Shown here piece after piece: positions 55,101 to 64,000 of a stretch of 64,000 bases of DNA (position 1 is the first letter of the stretch; every line of letters begins with the position of its first letter). The DNA comes from Eledone cirrhosa (Eukaryota): contig OZ024743.1 of the NCBI GenBank assembly GCA_964016885.1, forward strand, positions 149,234,001 through 149,298,000, written 5' to 3'. Below the pieces are notes generated by a model that searched no databases, had not been told where the DNA came from, and was given only the letters and a program-made list of their open reading frames with translations. The position numbers were made by a program, and so were the translations under genes.

Positions 55101-55687
55101 CATGGATTTCGTCGTAGCCGTCACAATGTTGTCCAACGTGACCATTTAGGTCGCCTGCGATAATTATATAGTCACTGTCGGATATTTGGGAGGTAGTTAG
55201 CATCAGTGTCTCATAGAATCTGTCTTTTATAGCGCCGGGCAGTCCGGATTGGGGTGCGTACGCAGATATTACTGTCACCGTAGTTCTATTGAGGACAAGT
55301 CGTATTTTAATTATTCTGTCGTTCACTCTATTTACGTCTATTATCTTATCTGCCCACTTTTCTGCTACCATGATTCCTACTCCACCCAGCCCATCGTCGT
55401 TTCCCACCCAGAAAAGCTTATAACATCGTTTTTTACCCTCAATGAACCTAGCAGACCCACCCCTCCACCTGGTCTCTTGAATACAACAAACATCGACCTC
55501 CTTACGTTCAAGCATTTCTACAACCTCGTTAGCGCGACCCTTTAGGGTGCCTACATTTATGGTACCAACTCTGAAGTTTTGGATTGTGTTTGGGGGTTGG
55601 GGGCGGTGAGGGGCGGGGGGCGATGGGGTTATGTTAGCCGTCCGCGGTCGAAACAATGAGGAGTGCTCGCATTCTCGTCCAAGAGGT
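52142..55687 (-). mobile_element. Near-full-length RTE LINE including 3' UTR and (GAT)n tail
   Basis: The ORF above is followed on the minus strand by a ~400-nt 3' UTR ending ...cacggacgttaaacg(atg)n. The same UTR occurs at 46201-46600 and, inverted, at 61225-61640. The 5' end abuts an AT microsatellite and is probably truncated. Confidence 0.9.
52540..55656 (-). CDS. Intact ORF of an RTE-clade non-LTR retrotransposon (APE endonuclease + reverse transcriptase + PHD-type zinc finger)
   Basis: 1038-aa uninterrupted ORF. APE motifs: GTINVGTL, IQETRW, SAYAPQ, AGDLNGHVG, QVDYIL, SQHRLI. RT motifs: NYRGIKL, QFGF, AFVDLEKAFD, GVHQGSVLSPLLF, YADD, FRYLG. RTE-type C-terminus: LHGSETW, RRLGWYGHV, GRPRKTW. 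The annotated start is TTG; there is no in-frame ATG before the endonuclease. Confidence 0.95.
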   Translation of the reverse strand: MFRPRTANITPSPPAPHRPQPPNTIQNFRVGTINVGTLKGRANEVVEMLERKEVDVCCIQETRWRGGSARFIEGKKRCYKLFWVGNDDGLGGVGIMVAEKWADKIIDVNRVNDRIIKIRLVLNRTTVTVISAYAPQSGLPGAIKDRFYETLMLTTSQISDSDYIIIAGDLNGHVGQHCDGYDEIHGGYGFGTRNEEGSRILEFCDANNLTICNTNFKKRDNHLITYRSGEHTSQVDYILTRRRDRVSVVNTKSLPHEECTSQHRLIISDLIVRTRRTREQKRTILRRKIWKLKDPTARNKFQNILLDAFDSKEEHLESDNIEGEWEFLKANLLLATDEVCGWSRPVGRRRVTWWWNSKVEGSIKAKKQAWKVWRDGGSREDYQVARREARRQVYLARREAEERKFKHVLQRDDQKREVFRIARQCVKENRDIVGEKCVLNDDGTLAITDADKKVAWKCHYERLLNGENNWEKGSLPHIDPIEGPAVLVEGSIISKAIKDMKTGKAAGPSEIVAEMLKASGTVGHTMVTRIVNQVVQNGVVPKDWHSSIIVNCYKGKGDALDRSNYRGIKLIDQVMKVTEKVIAQLIRERIDLDEMQFGFVSGKSTTDALFIVRQLQEKYLAKGKPLYLAFVDLEKAFDRVPRSIIWWALRKLGVDEWLVRAIQAMYKETVSKVRINNEYSEEFSVKVGVHQGSVLSPLLFIIALQAITEEFKTGCPWELLYADDLTLIAESMAELEKKFQTWKHGLESKGLKINLAKTKVLVCRKENKAAVPSGKWSCSVCRKGVGRNSILCPKCKVWVHKRCSGITGKLTKNIDFTCGRCSGAISSSKCPQTTSSFNCAEGSIEIVDSFRYLGDKISSGGGCSESTVARVRTGWKKFRELIPLLAAKGFSLKMKGRLYDACIRTAMLHGSETWALCAEDIRRLERNEACMLRWMCNSNIREQQSINELRKKLEIRGIRCCLLERRLGWYGHVMRMKVDSCITKCRAIKIDGSHGIGRPRKTWDELINSDITHLHLSKTMSLDRDLWRYSVTEKTRLT

Positions 55688-55827
55688 ATAATAATAATAA
55701 TATTAATTCATATATATACATATATCCACATACACACACCTATATATATATATTGATACAAACATATTTATATATGCATACACAGAGATACATACTTATA
55801 CATATAGATATCAATATATATAGCCAC

Positions 55828-56027
55828 NNNNNNNNNNNNNNNNNNNNNNNNNNNNNNNNNNNNNNNNNNNNNNNNNNNNNNNNNNNNNNNNNNNNNNNNN
55901 NNNNNNNNNNNNNNNNNNNNNNNNNNNNNNNNNNNNNNNNNNNNNNNNNNNNNNNNNNNNNNNNNNNNNNNNNNNNNNNNNNNNNNNNNNNNNNNNNNNN
56001 NNNNNNNNNNNNNNNNNNNNNNNNNNN
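55828..56027. other. Assembly gap (200 N)
   Basis: Run of N, probably a fixed-size scaffolding gap, so adjacency across it is uncertain. Confidence 0.99.
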
Positions 56028-59000
56028 TACAACAGGAGAAAATGTATTCAATGAATATGGTTGACTATATATATACACACAAACACACACACTCACATAT
56101 GCACACATATATATATATTCACTTATGTATTCCCATTTACAGATATGTTTATGTATGTATATTAAATGGTGATGAATGTGTCAAAATGACTCTCCAGTCA
56201 TATCAAATTCATGATAACCTCTATAGGGTTATTGTCATGATAAAAAAGCACCTAATGCACTCTGTAAATTGTAAGAGCGTATGTAAGCAATATGTTCCCA
56301 CCCCACAGATTGCCTGAGAGGTTAGTATCTTCGATTAACTATTGACATGGTCTGTGATAACCCTGGCTAAAGAGATGTTAAATTATCGGTAGAGGGTCGG
56401 ACGCCATGCTTTCCAGCATAGTTACGTACCTTTACGATCTGAGTTCAAATCCCGCCGAGGTTGACTTTGCCTTTCATCCTTACGGGGTCGATAAAATAAA
56501 GTACCAGTAATGTACTGAGTAATTGCTGGCCTTGTGCCAAAAGTAGAAACAATTATCATCATAGACATCAGTTTTTATCTCCATATTTATATGTTGGGAT
56601 ATGTTGAGTGAAACTTTTGACATAGAATTTTAAGCTGGATTCCTTTCTTGATGCCAACACACACTTGTTATTTAAATTAGATATGGATCTTTGCCTGTCT
56701 ACCAAATGTGCAGTCTTAATCTCTGTTTATAAGGAGCTAGCTTTGCAGGCTTCATAATGAACTTCATGTGGATATAAGGGTCCTTTTTCAGACAATGTTT
56801 TACAGTAGGGTACCCATCCTGGTGACAATTCTTTTAGCTACCTCTTACAACATATGGTGCATTTGTTCTAAACCGGATACACAAACACATACATATATAC
56901 ATATTCCGATGACTTGATCAGAGGCACACACTGTATTTAAGGTCAAGTGACACAACTTTGAGTTATCAGTGACCTTTAGACTCACCTGATCAATGAAACC
57001 AATTGTTAATGCAGTAAATAAAACCCTTTTTGTATTTTTGTGCAGCCGACCATGTTATTCTTCAGTCTTTCACATATATAGATTCATTCAAACATGCATA
57101 CATACATACCGACATACATATATATATACATATATACATTATATAAACATGCATACATACCACCATACATACATACATATATATACATTCATATAAACAT
57201 ACATACATACAAACAAATAAATATACATAAATACATAAAACAAACATGCATACACGCACACATACACACATACATACATACATGCATACATACAAACATG
57301 CATACATATATACATGCATACATACATGATGGCTGCCAACTCGTTTTCGAGTATGGCCACTACTTTATATCCATGTAGGAGAACCCCTACCGATGCGCTG
57401 AACGAGTGTGACTTTTTAGTCCAGCCAGCGACTTGAAAACTCTGGTACAAACACTACACTTGTGACAATTATTGACACATAGTGCTGGGCCCATGGTACC
57501 ATGTGACGACAAGTGCAGAGAGATCTCCTGATATAAAGCAATGCCTGTGCCGTGAAGCTTTTATAGTGAGCAAAGGCACTGCACAAAGACAGTCCCACTC
57601 TGTTTGCCTTACGGGGTCAATAAAATAAAGTACCAGTAATGTACTGAGTAATTGCTGGCCTTGTGCCAATAGTAGAAACAATTATTAGCTAAACACATTA
57701 ACACAGATGTGAGAGAATAGTACATATAGAGGCACACATACACATATATATATATATATATATATATACAATCATATATCTGTCCAACCCATGCTAGCAT
57801 GGAAAACGAACTTATAATGTGAATAATGATGGTGATGATGATGATGGCAACAATAATGATGCTGATACATACATACATACATACATATATACATACATAC
57901 ATGTATATATACATATATACATATATATTTACTCATGTGAGTGGTGACACATTCATACACAAATATCATATAGATAAATATGAAATTCAAAAAAGCCTGC
58001 AGAGAGACAGAAGCAAAGCATCTCAGGTGTACACACAGAGATATGTTTATCGGTGAGGCAGCAAACACACAGACACACCCATCAGCACACACACAGACAC
58101 ACATACATGAGTATGATTGATGCAGTTACACACACAAAGACATACACACACATACACACACACATGCACACACAAATAAATGTATAATTGCAGATATATA
58201 TATATATATATACATACATACAGGTGTACATACATATATGCATACATACATGATGATGATGATGATGATACATGTGTACATATGTATGTGTACATACATA
58301 TACACATACATACATGCATACAAACCTACATACATACATGTGTACATACATACATACATACATACATACATACATACATACATACATACATACATGTGTA
58401 CATGCATACATGCATAAAAACATACATACACATATACATGCATGCAAACATAGATGCATACATACTCACATAAACACATACACATATATATATATACATA
58501 CATACATACACACATACATACATAAACACATACATAAACACATACATATATACATACATTCATACATACATACGTACATACATACATACAGACAGAGAGC
58601 CAGACAGAGCAGTACAAACTTACAGGCTTAGAATTTAACACACTACAAGGCTTACATAGTGGTTGATTAAAACATATACAAAGGATATATACTTACAAAT
58701 ATATATATATATATATATACATGCAAACACCCCCAAATACAAACACATACATACCCATATAGGGTAAAACTTAGACATGCACTTTTACACTGACCTACAC
58801 ACTCTTATTTAGATTATTACTCACATGTACGAACACTATTAGTTTGCCTTTCATCCTTACGGGGTCGATAAAATAAAGTACCAGTAATGTACTGAGTAAT
58901 TGCTGGCCTTGTGCCAATAGTAGAAACAATTATTAGCTAAACACATTAACACAGATGTGAGAGAATAGTACATATAGAGGCACACATACACATGTATATA

Positions 59001-59398
59001 TATATATATATATATACAATCATATATCTGTCCAACCCATGCTAGCATGGAAAACGAACTTATAATGTGAATAATGATGATGATGATGATGATAATGATG
59101 AAGATGATGATGATGCTGATACATCACAGTTTCATATAGTCATATAAGCATTCATATATACACATACGTATATAAATATATTACTACATCACACACACAT
59201 CACACACATACACACAAATACGTCTTACTGACAAGCATATATACAAATACACGTACAAGTATAAAATTACACATGCATACATTTTCACCCATGCCTTGTT
59301 CTCTCTCTCTCTATCTCCCTCCCTCACTTTCTTTCAAACAAACCCATGGAGACACAGACACTCATATACACCCCAACATACATGCATATGTACACACA

Positions 59399-59434
<36 letters not shown>

Positions 59435-59796
59435 TGTGTGTGTATATATAGGTGTGTGTATATATATATATATATATATGTATGTAAATATATATATATG
59501 TATATAAAAAAATATATGTATGTATATATATAAATATATATATATATATATTTGCATATGTACATACATGCATACATATATACATGCATAAATACATACA
59601 ACCATACATCATCATCGTTTTTAAATATACTTTTCATGCTGGCATGGCTTGGATGGGAGTTTTTGAGGTAATATTTTACAGCCAGATGCCTTTTCAGACA
59701 TCAAACCTTTTAGATATTCCTTACAAAATGCAAGGATATGGTAACACAAGAAATAATTTCAACTGAAAACCACAAAACTCAGTAATATAATTTGAG

Positions 59797-59834
<38 letters not shown>

Positions 59835-59973
59835 GGTTTGAGGTTCACCACTGTATAGAGCTGGTCTATTCCGTATGGTCAATCGTAATGCAATAATATA
59901 GAGAGTACTCAATGTAAAGCAGTTCAACCGTCTTTGTTTTTGTAGTTGGTGGTGCTATTACGGAGTTAAATAT

Positions 59974-60374
59974 TATAATGAAATGACAGGAGGCTGGATT
60001 TGTGTAAATCCTTGAAAGGTTTATTATACTATGATCATTTCAATGACCGGGTTCCGTATGAATCCGGTGATATCATCAGGTATTCGAAATATAATACGTG
60101 AATGTAATAGGTAAAATCCATGGGGCTGAAAATCGAGACCCGAGGGCGACCGCTATTCTGTTCCTTCAACCTCAGCCGGTCGCCCTGGAGTGACGTGGCT
60201 AAATTTTATCGGGTCTCGATTTTCAGCCCCATGGATTTTACCTATTACATTCACGTATTATATTTCGAATACCTGATGATATCACCGGATTCATACGGAA
60301 CCCGGTCATTGAAATGATCATAGTATAATAAACCTTTCAAGGATTTACACAAATCCAGCCTCCTGTCATTTCAT

Positions 60375-60378
<4 letters not shown>
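59974..60378. repeat. Perfect 170-bp inverted repeat with a 65-bp spacer
   Basis: 59974-60143 is the exact reverse complement of 60209-60378; the spacer holds a second hairpin (agggcgaccg/cggtcgccct). Confidence 0.95.
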
Positions 60379-60411
<33 letters not shown>

Positions 60412-60665
60412 GATCAGAGGCCAAAATCTTTTGATTCAGGTTTATTTAAAACTCCGTTATACATATTGCACTGAGGACTATCAGATATGATAGCCTGATC
60501 TCTAAAGATGGCAAAACCTATAAAAACTTGAAAACATTGGAAGTTCCTAAAAAACTTTTAAATTTAAAAAAGAAAATCCGATTATTTCCTCAAAAAGATT
60601 TTCTTTTCTTGATACAGTGGGCCAGTCGAACGCATGGGTCCACACATCCATGTTTGGTTAAACCC

Positions 60666-60767
<102 letters not shown>

Positions 60768-61039
60768 ACATAAACAGAGAAAGCCTTAAGCTATACTCCG
60801 ACCAACTCCATCTCACTCAACAAACATTAGGATATACCTAAGTATTATCCCTATTTAGTGTTTGGGGTGCTAACTAATCAGTATTTCGGGGATAACTGGT
60901 TGTATTATTTTATATGAGACATTATTAAATAAATGGATGCCCAAATAATATCGATATAAGAATTATATCAACATTAATAGAATGGTGATGGTATCCCTCA
61001 GCGCTAAGAAGAGACTGGTAGATTAGAAAATCCAGCAGT

Positions 61040-61160
<121 letters not shown>

Positions 61161-61181
61161 ATAATAATAAAATACACCAGT

Positions 61182-61219
<38 letters not shown>

Positions 61220-61222
<3 letters not shown>

Positions 61223-61641
61223 ATACAGAAGACCCGCCTTGCCTAAGTACAAAGCAAAACCTACAGTCAGTAGGCACCTCTTAACAAAAATACACCCCCG
61301 TCCCACTACCCACACCCCATCCACACCACCCCTTTCGATATAAATTTATGTTGGTACCACAACATCCAGTCTGAAATAAATGAGGTCGTGTAGGTGTCAC
61401 GACAAAAAAAACACACAGTCCACGCTGTAATGTGGCCGTGTAGGTAACGCGGTAAAAACCTCCCAGTCGACACTGTAAACGTGGTTGGTGTTAGGAAGGG
61501 CATCCACCCATAGAAAACCCACCAGACAGTCCTATACGAGCAAGACAACCAATCTTGCCTCAAGTGGGAAAATTCCCATCCAAACCCATGCAAGTGTGGA
61601 AGATGGACATTAAACGATGATGATGATGATGATGATAATGA

Positions 61642-61643
<2 letters not shown>
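61220..61643 (+). mobile_element. RTE 3' UTR fragment with (GAT)n tail
   Basis: Reverse-complement match to 52142-52570, ending ggacattaaacgatgatgat. Confidence 0.85.
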
Positions 61644-61691
<48 letters not shown>

Positions 61692-61794
61692 ATAATAATA
61701 AATTTGAAGACTAAAATCCAAAGAGGGCTCGATAAGGATAAATATATATCAAATATATAAGAACCGTAGAGCAAATATATATATATATAAATAA

Positions 61795-61843
<49 letters not shown>

Positions 61844-61859
61844 TATATATATATATATA

Positions 61860-61929
61860 TAATGTATAATAAACAATACAATATAATTACCTCATGAGGT
61901 AATTATATTGTATTGTTTATTATACATTA
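61860..61929. repeat. Perfect 70-bp spacerless palindrome
   Basis: taatgtataataaacaatacaatataattacctca|tgaggtaattatattgtattgtttattatacatta. Confidence 0.95.
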
Positions 61930-62005
61930 AATTTAGCTCTGTAACTTACATAGAGCACTCTTCACTCCTATGACTTATTCAATTTTCAACAGAAACTTCA
62001 ATACT

Positions 62006-62040
<35 letters not shown>

Positions 62041-62046
62041 TTATTT

Positions 62047-62131
<85 letters not shown>

Positions 62132-62524
62132 AGTGTATGAACATACATATGCACACACATATATACCTGCTCACATTCCTAAATTCATACACATATATAG
62201 ATGCATGCACATACTTGTGTACATACACATATACATATATACATAAATAGAAAGATATATAAAATTGATGCCACACATCACGCAGACACACAGACACAAG
62301 CACAAAAGACGGCAAGCAGCATGCAAAGATGTATAATGACAGACACACAGACACAATATCATCAGAGGTAAAATTTCACTCACACCTCTGTTCTCATCAC
62401 ATTTCTTTCTATCACTTTCACCCTCTTTTTCCATCAGTCCCTCAATCTGCCCATTTATCTATTTATCTATCTATCTCTGTATATATATATATATCTACCT
62501 GTCTGTTTATATAATCACCAGCCC

Positions 62525-62605
<81 letters not shown>

Positions 62606-62755
62606 ACAAAGGATGTGTGGTAAGGAGCTATATGGACCATAACGCACCAGAGTACTCAATACTTAGGTTAGTAGAATGGGTAATAGGAAAATGTTTAACC
62701 CCGTCGAAACGGCTTGAGCTCTGCCGTCGGTGTTAAACATTTTCCCATATATATA

Positions 62756-62794
<39 letters not shown>

Positions 62795-63281
62795 GCATAT
62801 ATATATATATTTATATGTATATGTATATACATGCATATATATATATTTATATGTATATATATATATATATATGTACATATATATATATACATCTATATAT
62901 ATGTGTGTGCATGTGTGTGCATATGTGTATATATACATTAAATGTATATATATATATATATATCAGTATTAATCTTCCGTCTCTTTTTGCCTTCATACAC
63001 TGTCTCACTATTTCTCTTTGCATCTATCACTTCACCTTCACACACAAACATACAGTGAGTGTAATGGAAACCATTAATTTGCTACTTGGGTCATTTCACT
63101 TACACATCTTCTTGACACAAACACATACATACACACACGTGCATACATGTACACATGTATTTATAGCTATATACATTTACATATATACATATGGGAAACA
63201 TTCCTATACGTCATATGCACATTTATACATATACACACAGAGACAACACAAACATACACAGCCATAAACACACACAAACAC

Positions 63282-63314
<33 letters not shown>

Positions 63315-63352
63315 AATCATTTGAAGTCATGTATATGAAAATACACACACAC

Positions 63353-63402
<50 letters not shown>

Positions 63403-63539
63403 GTCCAGAATTAGCCGTCGAAACGGCTTGAGCTCAGCCGTCGGGGTCTTACTGGTTCCTATTACCCACTCTACTACCCTAAGTATTGAGTACTTTGGTG
63501 CGTTATGGTCCACCTGGTTCCTTACCACATTTCCTTTGT

Positions 63540-63608
<69 letters not shown>

Positions 63609-64000
63609 CTACATATGTAAAGGTATAAAAGCATCCATGTAACACATGCATACAATGCTTCATAAGTCCATATATACATACGCACACACACACAAACACA
63701 TACACATATATGTACATATATGTAGCTGTCTGTGACCAGGGGCATTTTACACAATTTATTCAAATATTACTTATGGTTAACAAGTAATATCCTAGTTATT
63801 TGCACTGTGGTGATTGTATTTTAAAATTATAAAATCTATAAGTATGCAATGATTTATACAAACACATGATCCTATTATATATATATATGTATATGTATAT
63901 GTATATGTATATATTATATGTATGTATATGTATGTATATGTATGTATATGTGTGTGTGTGTATATATGTATGTGTATATGTATATATATGTATATATATA

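Overview
AT-rich, microsatellite-dense animal genomic DNA. The repeat content is most consistent with an octopus or other coleoid cephalopod; this is an inference, not a database match. No host gene can be firmly called, only one or two weak exon candidates, so the window looks intronic or intergenic and is made almost entirely of mobile DNA. It contains: (i) one near-full-length RTE-clade LINE with an intact 1038-aa ORF (APE endonuclease, RT, inserted C4HC3 PHD-type finger) plus truncated relatives ending in (GAT)n; (ii) a cluster of decayed R4/Dong-like RLE LINEs in (TAA)n tracts; (iii) more than 20 copies or fragments of one tRNA-derived SINE, plus CORE-type SINEs that share the RTE 3' end; (iv) a decayed mariner, MITEs and two Penelope-like GIY-YIG remnants; (v) a 200-N assembly gap. 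The most interesting signal is a set of small non-coding units of about 430-620 nt sitting in (TA)n microsatellites. They have terminal direct redundancy and/or fold-back arms, and several carry type I hammerhead ribozyme motifs: one perfect at 50565-50609 (-), near-perfect ones at 37891-37971 and 27505-27549, and several decayed or half motifs. This looks like a retrozyme / non-autonomous Penelope-type system that could produce self-cleaving, possibly circular RNAs. Most listed ORFs are microsatellite artefacts.
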